Source of the DNA: the human T2T-CHM13v2.0 reference genome, Homo sapiens
Reading direction: 5' to 3' (one strand)
Assembly (NCBI RefSeq): GCF_009914755.1
Contig: NC_060926.1
Length of the DNA: 64,000 bases
Shown in pieces: positions 29,432-43,610 of this stretch. The position numbers were made by a program, and so were the translations under genes. A model generated the notes under the pieces. The model searched no databases. It was not told where the DNA came from and saw only the letters and a list, made by a program, of their open reading frames with translations. Numbering within the stretch: the stretch's first letter is position 1; each line of letters starts with the position of its first letter.

Positions 29432-32400
29432 CCTTGGAAGTGAGAGAGGAAAGAAAGCAAAAAGTATATGGGAGGCAAAAAGTATACGAAAAGCAAAAAG
29501 TATATGGGATAGGGTGGCCAGGAGGGGAACGGGCACCAAGAAGGCTTGCATTATCAGCGTTCGAGGCATGGAGTGTCGGGTGTTCACCCTACAGATCCCA
29601 CAGGACTCGGGCACAGGCACTCCCTGGCTAGTTAGGCTGAGGTTCGGGGGTGTTGGTGTGTGATCTTCAGAGGCTGAGGTGGGCGGGGACTGACTAGGGC
29701 CAAATGAGTTTCTCTCCCCTTATTTTCAATGTGTGTTCTTTCCACAAGTTGCAAGGTGGGTGAGGAGGAAGCACAGAAGTTGTGTGGGGTAGAAAAAGCC
29801 TGGGGAAAATGGTGCCTTTAGGCCACCCATCACGTGCCTCAAGTTCCAAAGAATGTGAACAGCAGGAAAAGAGATTTGCCCTCTCCCCACTGTCATACAT
29901 GTGACAGTAGAAAGCTGAAGATTTGAGCCAGAAACTGGTAAGTACACCCTGGTCTCTCAATAAAGTATGGCACAGGACTTTTTCTTGGTCCTCCCCGAGC
30001 CTGGTCTGATACCCAGGAATTTATATCAGCAGGGTGGGTGGTGTGGTTCAAGTTTTGGCCTCAGCACAGGAGTTCTGGTGGCTGTTTAAACAGAAAGCAG
30101 CCAGGGTATTTTTGCTTGTGATAAATGACAGCCTTACCTGCTATTCTTTTCATTTCTTTTCTTTTTTTATCTGTTCCATAGGTTGATTTTTTTTTCTGTT
30201 CCACAGGTCACCTTTTTATTTTACCTGAAGGTAAAACCTGACCCAATTCATCAATATTCTCTCAAGCTTCCTTGACCAGGAGCCCAGGCAGGTTTGAGTG
30301 CAGCATTTCTCCAAGTGTGGTCTGAGGACCACCCACAAGAGAGAGGCCCTGCCCAGGTGCTACGTGTTTATCAAGTTCCCCAGCACACTCTCAGGCACAT
30401 TCTACTTTGGGAACCTCTGTTGGAATGTCCTGCCCCCTCTCGTTGCTTCTTAATTAATTTCTCTTTATTTCCTCCATGACCTTTAGTCATTTACTTACCA
30501 AAGCCCCTGAGAATGTAAGCCCAGGCTAAGTGCTGGGGATGCCACAGCAAACCACATAGGCACAGGCCAGCCTTCTCAGTTTAGGGCTTCTGGTATTTGG
30601 GGAGGGGAAGGGGAATAGTAGAAAGGTTGGGAGACTAAACAAGCAATCATAATAAAGCATGAAGAGCATTACAATAAACTGTGGCAAGAATAATATCAGA
30701 ATTTGTTAATGTGACTCAGGAGGCCACTAAAGAGAGGGAAAAGTGTGACACCCCCACCTTTATGGTTCAGCTGCAGATGGCACCCCCTGGGTCCTAGTAT
30801 ATACATGTAGGAGCCCATACAGCCTTCCAGAGAAAAGTGAAGATGAGAGACAGACTGAGCTCTACTCATGGGATACAAGGAGGGATGAAACAGTGTATAG
30901 AGGGGCTCTATACCATCCATGGCGTGGGGAGTTAAGGACAAAAGTCTGGAATGATTTATGTTTCAATGTCAGTGGAAGATGCCAAACTTTCCCAATATCT
31001 GTGACCTCACCCAGAGTAACAAGCAGTAAAAGCCAGAAAGTAAAAATGAGGGTGGGCTTGTATACAGCCTAGCAGAAAAGCGGGTGTAGGGAGATCTGCA
31101 AACCATGCTGCAGACAGCAGCTAGCCTGGTAGAAAGGACAGACAGTGAGTGAAAGTTCTATAGTGAGAAATAAGGGTGCATGGGGAGCCAGCTTCAGGAG
31201 GAAAAAAAGACCCAAGCAGCAGACGTGATGTGGCCCTAGGCACGTCCACACTCAATTTTCCCCACTGCCTTCCACATAGTCAGACCTTCCCTTACAACTT
31301 GGTACTCTATCTCTTCCTATAGGCAGATTCAGTTCTTTTTATTCTGAATTTCTTTTAAAGTTTCATTTCATCCGGCTGCTTTCTTTTCTTGGACTGCCAG
31401 CTATTAAAATTGTCTTCTTTTTTCCCTCTGCTACTAGGAAAGTCAGAGCTAAAGTCAATGCCTAGTTAAAATAACCAGATTTTCCTAGGCATTCAGTCAA
31501 TTTGTTTCCTGTTCCTTCCTGTTTTAATTTTTTTTTTCTATTTTAACAGCTGCACTACAATTTATTTCTATTCTTGAATGCTGTCTTAACTTTTTTGGAA
31601 GTTTATGCAGATATAAATTATGATGAAATGAAACACGTGTGTCCATTTTCTCCCACCCACCAATCCTTTACCCCTCCCTGACTGCAGTCATATTGCCATG
31701 GAGTCACCTCTTCTTATGGTCTTTCCCCAATCTCCATAATAATCTTTTGTTACTATTCACTACAGGCACAAACACACCTGCCAGACCTCCCCATTCTCTT
31801 CATTTTTCTCCTTGATTTCCACCTACTGGCCTTGCTTGTGGCTCCCACCTCTGTCCTGACCCTAACATTTAGTGTTCATTGTTCTTCCCTAATTCTGATG
31901 CATCCCCTGTCTCCCAGATGTTGGCTAACATAACACCCATTCCCCTAGAGAAGAATTAGTGTCAACTGTCTTTCCACAACAGATTCCCCTAGGGAAATTG
32001 AGCATTCAGTTATGAGGGACCAAAATGGGACTTAGTTCAGAGATTCTTACACCCTGCCCCCAAATCCTGAGCAATGAAATAAACTTAACCAAGGTCTTCT
32101 TTTGTGCATTTCTGTCCTGCTGCTTGGTAAATGTGTGCTCACTCATTCATAATGAAGGCTTATCAGCCCAGCATTGCTCATCCTGCTGTTTGACAGTTGT
32201 GCCTCCTAAACCCTTTGAATCTTAAATTAGCGTCACAGCAATGTTATGATTCATTGCTCTCACTCTTTCTCGAGGTTGTGGTTGTTTCTTTTAAACAGCT
32301 CTTCCATTAAGGTGAAAGAGCCAACACAGAACACACACATATATCTTCCCCAGTCCCCAGCTCTGTGGGTGGTCCAGCAATTTAGTTCCAAATATAGCCT

Positions 32401-32534
32401 CTGAGAAGGGGAAAGCATGCTTGTTTGTCTGCTCTTGAAACTTAATTTTCAATGGAAGTCAGTACTGGTAAAAGATAGTTTAAAATTTTTGAGGGGGGTA
32501 TAGCTGTTTGTGTTCCACACTATCTGAGTTCTAC

Positions 32535-32925
32535 CGGTTTGGCTCTGTGTCCCCACCCAAATCTCACTTTGAATTGTAATCCTCATAATCCCTGCATGTC
32601 AAGGGAGGGACCTGTGGGAGGTGATTGTGTTATGGGGGCTGTTTCCTCCATGCTCTTCTTGTGACAGTGAGTGAGTTATCACAAGATCTGATAGTTTTAT
32701 ATGGGTTTGACTGTTCCTCCTTCTCTCTTTCTCTCTCTCCCTCTCTCAATCTCTCTCTCTCTCTCTCTCTCTAAGAGTTAGAAGATGCTTGCTGCCCCTT
32801 CGCATTTCATTAGGATTGTAAGTTTCCTGAGGCTTCCCCAGCCATACAGAACTGTGAGTCAATTAAACCTCTTTCCTTTATAAATTACCCAGTCTTTATA
32901 GCAGTGTGAAAATGGGCTAATACAC
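32535..32925 (+). mobile_element. THE1/MSTA LTR with internal (CT)n
   Basis: ggtttggctctgtgtccccacccaaatctca...gtgagtcaattaaacctc...ctaataca. Confidence 0.85.
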
Positions 32926-33016
32926 ACAGTCTTAAAGATGAACTTTAGCTTTGCCCAATTTGGCTAATACAGAGGATGAATATCATTCATTCATTCAACA
33001 AATGTTGGGCAGGCTG

Positions 33017-33354
33017 TGACATGCTTTGGCTGCATCCCCACCCAAATCTCATCTTGAATTCCCACCCAGTGGGAGCTAATTGAATCATGGAGGTGAGTCT
33101 TTCTCATGCTGTCTGGTGATAGCAAGTAAGTCTCAAGAGATGTGATAGATTTAAAACAGGGAGTTTCCCTGCACAAGCTCTCTCTTTGCCTGCTGCCCCT
33201 CATGTAAGACGTGACTTGCTCCTCCTTGCCTTCCACCATGATTGTGAGACCTCCCCAGCCACATGGAACTGTAAGTCCTTTAAACCCCTTTTCCTGTATA
33301 AATTACCCAGTCTCAGGTATGTCTTTATCAGCAGCATGAAAACAGACTAATATA
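33017..33354 (+). mobile_element. THE1 LTR inserted in L2
   Basis: ccccacccaaatctcatcttgaatt...atcagcagcatgaaaacagactaata. Confidence 0.85.
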
Positions 33355-33840
33355 GGCTCTGTTTTAGGAGCTGGGGATACAGCAGTGAACTTTTGGTGGA
33401 GCTTGTATTCCAGTGAAGAGAAGACAGACATCAAAGCATACGTAAGTGATGTAATGTTGGATTATGTTAAGTGTTATGAATAAAAATAAGATAATTTTGG
33501 GTAAAATGACCAGGAAAGGCCCCTTTGATGAGGTATTATTTGGGCAGAGACCTGAATGAAATGAGAGATCCTTTCCACTTCCATTGACCATGGCAGACAT
33601 GAGTAATCAACCAGAGCCATCATTTCTTTTTCATGGAGCCATACAATTCTCCACTCAGTACTCCAGGCCATCACTGCCATTTGGTTGGTATTGACATGCA
33701 TGACTGGGCCTATTTTCCATTCTATTCCAAAAATGCATTTCTTTTCTAAAATAAGGAGGAAAATTTAAAATAGAGAGTGGATCTAGGGACAAGATTTTAC
33801 CCATCATTATTTAAGAGCTTAATGATGTAGGATTGTCTCC

Positions 33841-34202
33841 TGTATGAGTCTGTTTACACACTGCTGATAAAGACATACCCAAGACTGGGTAATTTACAAA
33901 GAAAAAGAGGTTTCATGGACTCACACTTCCATGTGGCTGGGGAGGCCTTGTAATCATGGTGAAAGGTGAAAGGCACTTCTTACATGGTGACAGCAAGAGA
34001 GAATGAGAGCCAAGTGAAAGGGGAAAGCCCTTATAAAATTATCAGATCTTGTGATACTTATTCACTACCATGAGAACAGTATGGGGGGAAACTGCCCCCA
34101 AGATTCAATTATCTCCCACCGGGTCCCTTTCACAACAAGTGGGAATTATGGGAGCTAGAATTCCAGATGAGATTTGGGTGGGGAGACAGCCAAACCATAT
34201 CA
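33841..34202 (-). mobile_element. THE1B-like LTR
   Basis: ctgctgataaagacatacccaagactggg...cagccaaaccatatca. Confidence 0.9.
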
Positions 34203-35238
34203 TCTCCTCTTCTCTTGTCAAAAGGAAGATGTTTTTGTCCTTTTGTGATGATTACTTTGTATGTCTGAGTATATAACTCACCTCTTTAGTGGTTTATGGC
34301 CCTCTCACAGTCATGGGGCTGTGCAGCTACCTAGCTTTATTAGTCCTAACTACCAGCTTTAAATTGTGGATGCTGTCATGCCATAGGCATATTCTTATAT
34401 GAATATATAAGAATATATACATGCCTGAAGCGTGTTGTAAGTAGCATGTTTTCCTTAACAAAATCCATTTTCATAAATAAAAACACTCTACACATACATA
34501 TCCCAATTTTCTTTTTATCCTTTCATTTATTGAGTACCTGTTGGGTGTCAGACACAGAGTATTAAAGATGAATAAGACATAGTGTCTTACTGAGTCTTGT
34601 ATAAATGCTAATGGAGAATAAAATAAAATATTATATACAGGGGAAACTCATATCTTATTCTCTTATAATTATTTTTAAGATACATGACTCTACAAATCAC
34701 AACCTTAGTGATCACCAATGACCTACAGTTGCCAATCCAGTGGGAATCTTTATTCTACTTGATTTCTACTTAGCCCTGAGGACCATTTCCTGCTTTACTC
34801 CAGTTGCCTTTCTCAGTTCCTGTTGTTATGTATTATCTTGCTCTTCGTTCTCTTCCATCTTTCTCTGCATTCTTTCTCTTGTGGATCTCAGTCACTCTCA
34901 GATATTTAATATTACTTTCATGCAGCTGAGTCTCAAATATGTATTCCTGCTTACAACTTCTCTTCTGAGTTATAGTCCACTGGAATATAATTCTGGGACC
35001 TGAAATTCTATATGTTCAAGTCAAACACATGATCACTGTAGTTACTAGCGTCCTTCTGATTGCAAATGATGGAAATGCAACTTAAACTGGCTTATATGGG
35101 AAAAAAGAGTAATAAATTTTCCTGTGCAGCCAAAAGACTCCTGAGCTACATCCAGGAACTCAAACAGTATTATCAGAAATTGAGTCTGCTCTCCTCACCT
35201 CTTCTCTCACTCCCTCCCACCATCCTCTCTCTCTCTCT

Positions 35239-35241
<3 letters not shown>

Positions 35242-35288
<47 letters not shown>
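35242..35288. repeat. (TG)n microsatellite preceded by (CT)n
   Basis: Direct reading. Confidence 0.95.
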
Positions 35289-35289
<1 letters not shown>

Positions 35290-35757
35290 TCACTGACTTT
35301 CTAGGTCAGGGTCTCCATGTTATAGCTCCCATAAGCCCCAGGCTTTCCTTCACTGGCTTAGTAAACCTACAGAAAGGGAGAGAACTTGTCTTTCCCGATA
35401 GTTTCATAAAAAATCCTACAATTGAATTTCACTGGGCTAACCCAGTACACTGGCCAACCTGTAACCAATGGCATGACTCAAATGTGGAAATATGCTCTAT
35501 TAAAGTATAAGATTTGGGGAGTTATTGATAAGCTTCAATCACATAAACTCAGAGCAGGAAGGCTTAGTTATCTATAGAAAAAAATGAGTAAAAGGGAAAA
35601 GTATGCTAAGCAGGCAAAAGCAACAGATGTCAGCTATAACCCACTGCCCCCAAAAAACCCTCATCAACTCCATTATTTCTATTAAACAAGATAATGCGTG
35701 TAAAACATTATGTAAATGTAACAGTACTCCTCTATGTTATTAATTCTACTGGTATAA

Positions 35758-36040
<283 letters not shown>

Positions 36041-38984
36041 TCTACTGGTATAATTTTAATAATATTGAAAGTTTAAATAAAGCAGGCTTGAACTCTTGGA
36101 GCCATCTTTGGCTGCACCCTCCTCTCTCATCGACATTTAATCAGTTGTCAGAGCTTCTTGATTCTGCAACCAAACTATTTCAGTATCGGTAAATCCCTTA
36201 TGACCAGACTCTACTCTTTCCAATCCAGATTAACTTTTTTTGAAGCACAGTGCTGATCATATTTTGGCTCATAAACCTTCCATACTCTCCACTGCCTAAG
36301 GACAAATAGCCAATCATATCAGCCAGTTAGTTCTCAAAGTCCAGGAACTAGATCCAACTTAGCTTGCCAGATGTGCTCTCCACCATTCCACTTAGCATGC
36401 CCTCTGCCTGTAGCCAACAGGAACTACTCACTGTCTGTAAATTACTCCATCTCTGAAACTGTCTCTGGCTGTTTCCTAGAGATGAAATGCATCACTCCCC
36501 ACTTTTCTGTCAGCATTCTCATCACATTTTGGACCCACTTTTAGGATCCCTGTGGATATTTCAGAAAGGTATAGTGACATAGTAATTTAAGATTATTTCA
36601 AATGGACCAAAATCCTGGATCAAACAGACATTTTCTGTTAATCTAGGATGGTAGATTCTGGTCTTGGAAGATTCTTTTATATATGAGAATATGTTATTTA
36701 CCCACAAAGGGCTTTGGTAAACAATAAATAATCTAGTGTGCTGGTAACTCGAATGTACTGATAAGGCCGCCTTTCTGAGAAAAGAAGGCAAATATGGTGA
36801 GTACCTGCTGTTTGCCATCTGCTGTTTGCCAACTGACACAGGAAGTGTAAGTGTTCAGCTTTGAGGAAAGACGGCTAACGGATACATGTTTACTTTTAAT
36901 GTGTATTTATTTGGCTTTCTTTGTGTGCTGAGTCTTCATTCTCACTAAAACTGAATACTTCAGGGAAATGGAGGCAGCTCCATGGCTGTGTTCTCCAGCT
37001 GCCAGTTTTGTCTTTATTCTCGGAAATCCTAACACTTCATATCTTTCAGTCTCATTCGTACCAATTTATGCTTTGCTAAATAGCCATTAAGCACTTTTTT
37101 ATCTTCTCTGGCTGACTGAGGCAGGGGACATAATCCTTTTGATGTTCTGAACATAGTAATTATTCAGTAAACATTTGTTGAAGTGCGAGTAGGAACTCCA
37201 GAATCTATGTCAAGGGATCTTGGTGGGTTAAAAAAAAAAGTGTGCTTTACAAACATTCTACCCTTTCACAGATTTTTTTCATATTAAATAATAGAAATTT
37301 TCAGACATAACCAAGAGTTAGTTGTATTTATTTGTTCATTTTTCACCAAAAGAAGGCATTTTATTCTCTTTTGGCAACTTCAATTAGCTTTGCAGAAAAG
37401 AACTCAAAATAATACAATTAGTATTACCACCTTGTACAGCAATTGCAACAACACCAAAATTTCCTCTGCATTTCAAAAAAAAGCTTTTGGATGTGAAAAC
37501 TTAACATTCCTTCATTCATGTAGCACATGTTTACTGAGCACATGCTAAGGTATGGCATTGTGCTAGGAATATCAAGACAAAATTTATTGACCTCATAAAA
37601 CTTAGAATCTAGTTGTGATGACAAATAAGAAATTACCTGACTAAATATCCTTTAACAGCATTAACAGCATTAACAGCAGAGAAATTCAATTAATAAACTG
37701 CCTGCCTCTTTCATTTGCAGGCTATCAAGATTGATTCAGGTTGATTCCCAGGGTTCTGTTTTATTTCCACCCAGGAAACACCAGCATTCTTGAATCCTTT
37801 CAGCATTAGGCAAAGGAGCAGATGTGGGCATTCTGCATCTCAAGGAGGTCTTTAGCAACACCTGCTGCCTTGCTGGTCCCTAAAGAAGTCTTGTCTGTGG
37901 TCCCCATCACCTAAAGGGAGCTGGTGATTGTGGTTGAAGACATCCTGGGTAAAGGAACATTGTGGATCATTGCACATACATGTAAGTTGGTTCAGAAAGT
38001 TCAGAAACTACTCAGGGATTTGGAGAGAACTTCCAAAGCTAGCTTTGGATTTTCACATTTTTATGTTCATATTGTTCACAAATAATTTTTAACTGTGAGC
38101 CCTGTACCATTATGGACTCAAATTTCTGAGAAAGCCTCAGGAATTCTATGTACTGGTGTCTCTTTTAAGGCTAGGAACACAAGCAGAAACTCACTCCAAA
38201 TTTGAATTTTAATATGTGCTCTGCACTCAATTTAAATGCTTTAAGGAGGCACTTCCTGAAGTTTGCTCTATAGCTCCTCAGTTCCAAGGGGTGGTCACTG
38301 GTGAATATAATTTGAGAAATGTCTTAAGACATACTGGTTTGTTTAATGAACAGTTTCTGGAAAAAGGACATAATTTTGAACTCTAAATGTTGTATCTGCC
38401 ACAAATAACTGGCTGCCAAGAATGCCACTGTGTGCAAATTACAGAGATTATAATAAGCAGATGGATTCTAGGTTCCGGGGAGGAAAATTCATCTGAATTT
38501 AAGAGGTAAGTGGAGCTAAAGATTCTAATTGGACAGAAAGTCACATGGTTTATATGGCTGACATAAAAACACACCCTGATAATTTTTAGGGCTCTCTTCT
38601 TTCTGCTCTTCTGCCAATGTGGATATCATTTAGTTTCATCTAGACACCTGGGCAGAGGCCACATAGAACCTGAAGCTAGCTAACGCAACCATATCTGATC
38701 TCCCACATCTTGCAATCATCTTTGTCCCCTTGACTTTTAGCCATATTCTACTTTGCAGTTCTTCTCTTTACCACTGACCTTACAACTGGGCTCTTCCTTT
38801 TCAAAGTGCTCTCTAAAACTAGAATTCTATGATTATCTGTATGTTCTACACTCTGAACTTCCTCTTACAACTGTACCTCTCCTCTTACCCAGCTGGCCTA
38901 TGGGAATTCATTATACATCATGAGACTCTGTGGGGAACCCTGTGATTCTTCTACAACCCGGGGCGTGTAGGGCTGAAAAAGTTG

Positions 38985-39450
38985 TTTGTTATCTATTGCT
39001 GCTGCAATAAATTACCATAAATCTAGTGGCCCAAAACAACATCAATGTGTTGTCTTACAGTTCTGGAGGCCGGGGTTTGAAATGAATCTTATGGGGCTTA
39101 AAGAAAGATGTCCTCAGGGCTGTGTTATGTCTGGAAACACTATGGGATAATCCTATTTCTTGCCTTTTTCAGAGGCTGCTTGTATTCCTTGGCTCACGGC
39201 TGCGTTACTCCAACCTCTGCTTCTGCTGTCACAGCTCCTTCTCTGACTGTGACCCTGACCCTCCCCCGCATAAAGACTCGTGATTACATTAGGTCTAACC
39301 AGATAACTCAGGATCATCTTCACATCTCAAGATACTTAACTCAATTATATTTGTAAAGTCCCTTTTGCCATATAAGGTAACACATTCACAAGCTCCAGAG
39401 GTTAGGATGTGGACAGATGTCGGGGGTTATTCAGCAAACTCTACTACAGT
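38985..39450 (-). mobile_element. MLT1C/D-type LTR
   Basis: ctattgctgctgcaataaattacc...ccttttgccatataaggtaacacattcaca. Confidence 0.8.
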
Positions 39451-39519
39451 TGGGGAAGGGGAGATTAGGTTCTGCGTTGGTCTTTTTCCCTATTGATATC
39501 TCCAGATCATTTCTCTACA

Positions 39520-39733
39520 ATAGGCATCAGCAAACTTTTTCCATAAAGGGTCATATGGTAAATAATTTTAGACTTTGTGGTCCAAGAGACAAAATCTAGG
39601 GTATAATATAGGTGCTTGCATAACTGCTTAAAATGTAACTATTTAAAAATGGAAAAACCATTCTTGGCTTGCAAGTGGTACACAAACGTGTGGTGGTGGG
39701 ATTTGGCTCATGGCTATAGTTTGCCGAATTCTG
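39520..39733. mobile_element. MER58-type hAT element
   Basis: cagcaaactttttccataaaggg...atagtttgccga. Confidence 0.7.
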
Positions 39734-40479
39734 CTCTGCAATCTTTTGTAAACTACTTCCTTAGAAGCTCATGCCATTCAGTTAAATCTCTTATGTTTTA
39801 TCTTGCCTTTGTCACTTATCTATATCCTGGTCACCCTTCAATACACATTGAGGATGAATTACCCACTGGAAGACATATCCAAGAACGTAGAAACAGTCTC
39901 TTGAGTTCCAGATAAGCAAAAGTCTAATCCTACAGAGTAACAGTAACATCATAAAGAGAAAATGTATTTTTGTTCATGTAGCGCCTTTCTATAAAAAGTT
40001 CCTGATTCAGAAATGCACTTTTCTCATTTGAGAAATTCACCTGGAAATACCCAGGTATTGCCCTAAATGGCCACAGTTTTTCTATTCCAAAGTATCTGCC
40101 AGATTTAGTGTTGTAACAGGGTATAAGGCATCAGAAACTTTCCATAAAAAGACTAGAGACTGGCTAAAAACAAATTTTCAGGACTATAGCGGAAAATTTT
40201 TAGTTAATCATCTCATCTTTTTTGATGATGTGGAGCTAGTTGCATGATTCTGGTTCTGAATGGAGTCCCTAATATGGGCCCTGGCCTCAGGCCCAGATAA
40301 ACCTCTCTTCTGAGAGCCTCAGAGGTTCCTTGTGTTGTTCAAATGACAGCTGGAAGTGAAGGTTATTTTTAATTTCACTGTCACCACCAGTAGGCTCATC
40401 TCTACCTACCACTGAAAGAAAGAAAATGAAAAGGTAATAAATGGTTAGGAAAAGAGACTTTCCTTTTTTTCTTCTTTTA

Positions 40480-40776
40480 TTTTATTTTTTAAATTTAATT
40501 TTTTTTTTCTTTTTGAGACAGCGTCTTGCTCTGTTGCATACGCTGGAGTACAGTAGTGTGATCATAACTTACTACAGCCTCAAACTCCTGGGCTCAAGTA
40601 ATCCTCCCATCTCAGCCTCCTGAGTTGCTAGGACTGCAAGCATGCGTCACAACACCTGGTTAATTTTATACATTTTTTTGTAGAGACAGGGTCTTGCTAT
40701 GTTTCCCAGGCTCATCTCCTGGCCACAAGTGAGTCTCCCTACGTGCTGAGTTACAAGCATGAGCCACCTTAGCCAA
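40480..40776 (-). mobile_element. AluJ
   Basis: cagcctcaaactcctgggctcaag..atcctccc. Confidence 0.9.
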
Positions 40777-41769
40777 GACATTTTGTATATTAGTTCAATA
40801 TCTCAGTAACTAAATGATGGTTTTTCCTATAGACAGGAGATAAATTGTGTCTGAGGGTCAAGTGTCATATGAGTGAGACTGAGATGGTCTTGAAGGCAGA
40901 AATAATGGAATATATGATGTGACTATTTTGCAGACACAAGAGGCATACTTCCAGTGTTTAAGTTTTAGAAGTTTACCTTTATTTGTTCAACCCTTGAGGG
41001 ACTGAGGACCTGTATTTCGTGAAGTTAAGAACAGCCATTGCAGTTCAAGAAGAAAAGCCCATGCCTTCAAGACCTGTAGGAATTTTGTAACATTCTGAGT
41101 GCTAAATTGAACTTGAAAAAATGAACTGCAAGCTCTATCACACAGCCACGTCTAAATTAATGTAGGAGAGATGGGAGAGACTCTAAAATTGAAAGAGACA
41201 AGGAAATGATTAATGGTAGAGGAAAGAATAAATGAAATCAGATAAAAGAGACCTTCACACACTTAAGAAAATTATCTTCATCACAAACAATCAATGCCTT
41301 GGGGATCTATGGAACAGCATGCTTCAATGGGCTGTATTTCAAATTCTCTGAGACTTTATGCATTACTTTATTAACTCAAAAAACATTTGAGGAGACACTA
41401 CTATGAAACAGGTCCTGCATGCACACTGAGAAATCAGAGGTGAGTAAGATACAGTATAGCTGTCAGGGGCTCAGAGATTAGGGGACAAAGACAGGTACAG
41501 AAAAATCACATACAGTGTAAGTGGCAAGGAGCAGTGGGGACACAAAGGAAGAATTGACTCTATCTGGAAAAAGAAAGAAGGATATTCTTATTCCAGGGTG
41601 AAAAAGAAATTCATATCTTTAAAATTAACAAAAAAGCCATAAATTTTCAAATTTGCTGTTGACATGGGAAGACTATCACTTTGAAGGTTGATACTTTTGG
41701 TGCTATTTTTAATGTTAAATTTAATATTTATGACAAGGAATGTATCCTGATATATACTGATTTGGGCTG

Positions 41770-42591
41770 TGATATGGTATGGCTCTGTGTCCCCACCCAA
41801 ATCTCATCTTGAATTGTAATCCCTACCTGTCAAGGGAGGGACCTGTAATCCCCATGTGTGGAGGGAGAGAAGTGGTTGGATTATGGGGGCAGTTCCCCAC
41901 ATGCTGTTCTCAAGATAGTGAGCTAATTCTCACGAGATCTGATGGCTTTATAAATGGTAGTTTTTCCTGTGCTGACACATGCTGTCTCTCATCTGCCACC
42001 GTGTAAGATCTGCCTCTTCCCCTTCTGCCATGATTATAAGTTTCCTGGGACCTCCCCAGCCATACAGAACTATGAGTCAATTAAGCCTCTTTCCTTCATA
42101 AATTACCCAGTCTTGGGTATCTCTTTATAGCAGTGTGAAAATGGACTAATACAGTAAATTGGTACCGGGAGTGGGGCATTGCTATAAAGATACTCGAAAA
42201 TGTGGAAGTGACTTTGGAACTGGGTAATGGGCAGAGATTGGAAGAGTTTGGAGAGCTCAGAAGAATATAGGAAGATGTAGGAAAGTTTGGCCCTTCCTAA
42301 AGATTTGTTGAATGGTGTTGGCCAAAATGCTGATAGTCCTGTGGATAATGAAATCCAGGATGAGATGGGCTCACATGGAGATGAGGAATTTATTGCAAAC
42401 TGCAGCAAAGGTCACAATCACTTTCTCACCTGCTGTCATGTAAGATATGCCTGCTTCCCCTTCTGCCATGATTGTAAGTTTTCTGAAGCTTCCCCAGCCA
42501 TGTGGAACTATGAGTCACTTAAACCTCTTTCCAGTATAAATTATCCAATCTCAGGTATTTCTTTTTAGGAGTGTGAAAACAGAATAATACA
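41770..42591 (+). mobile_element. Internally deleted THE1/MST provirus: LTR, internal fragment, partial LTR
   Basis: LTR 41770-42153; internal gtaaattggtacc...gaaaatgtggaagtgactttggaactggg to about 42415; 3' LTR half to 42591; TSD ggctg/ggttg. Confidence 0.85.
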
Positions 42592-43169
42592 GGTTGGCAA
42601 ACAATTAAAAGATTGACACCCCATATCTGATCACAATTTTTCAGAGGAGTTCATTTTACAATTTGTGCAATCTCAACATTGGTCGAGAAGATAAGGAAAG
42701 ACATGGGAAACAAGGCTAATTTTGCTCTGCTCAAAGCTGATTAGAATGATGAGTTTAGCTGCCTTTATCAGAACTGTCACTCTGATAAGCATGATATTGA
42801 AGGTTTTGTGACAGTTATGATAATAGGTGGAAGGTATTGCCTGACTCACTTTACTTCAACAAAGTAGAATATATGTATATATGTAAATAAAATATTAGAA
42901 TAAAAGGGGAGAAGTACCATGAAAAGCATATAAATAAATTAGAAACTATTCAGCACAAGGAACAAAAAGACAAGAAACATGTTAACTTTGAATATTCATT
43001 ATTGTGAATTATTATAAGGGGAGATGAATGAATATCCTTCCTGAACATAAGGTAACTCCAACTGAAGCATAAGAAGTTAAAAGTAGTAAAGGGAAATGCT
43101 TACCTAAAGAGGGTTACTCTGCTCCATAGAATTCCCTTTGAAGTTTTAGGATCAATTTTACTAATGAAC

Positions 43170-43610
43170 AATGAGTTAGGAATAAGCCTGTCTGAAGACA
43201 GAGTTGGAAGCAGAGACTTCAAGAGCCCTCCCAGCCCTCATTTCAGGGTTGTATTTCATCAGCCTCTCTCTCCTAACACAAAATACAATGTGGATGTTCC
43301 TGGACAGTGAGTGGCCCACTATGTGGTCATTCAGAAACCCAGGCTTCTTCCATTTTGTGGCTCCACCATCATCTAGAGCCTCAGAATTCTTTTCTGAATC
43401 TTCTGCATCCAGCCAGCAGAGAGGATAGAAGATCATATGAGCCAACCAACATTGAAATGGCAAATGTCAATTAGGTAGGCCTGCCATCTTCCACTGGCAA
43501 AACTCTGTCATACAGCCACATCTACCCAAAATAGTGTCTTGGAAATATAGTCCATCTACGTGTCCAGAAGGCAGAGAGAACAGGGTTTGGTGAATACAAT
43601 GTAGTCTTTA
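43170..43610 (-). mobile_element. Old MLT1 LTR (J/K-like)
   Basis: cattcagaaacccaggcttcttccattttgtggctccaccatc. Confidence 0.65.

Noticed and set aside
37651-37678. (ttaacagca)x3, and the 12-bp doublet aagttcagactc near 28115-28138
   Set aside because: Ordinary slippage repeats with no spacers; not CRISPR-like
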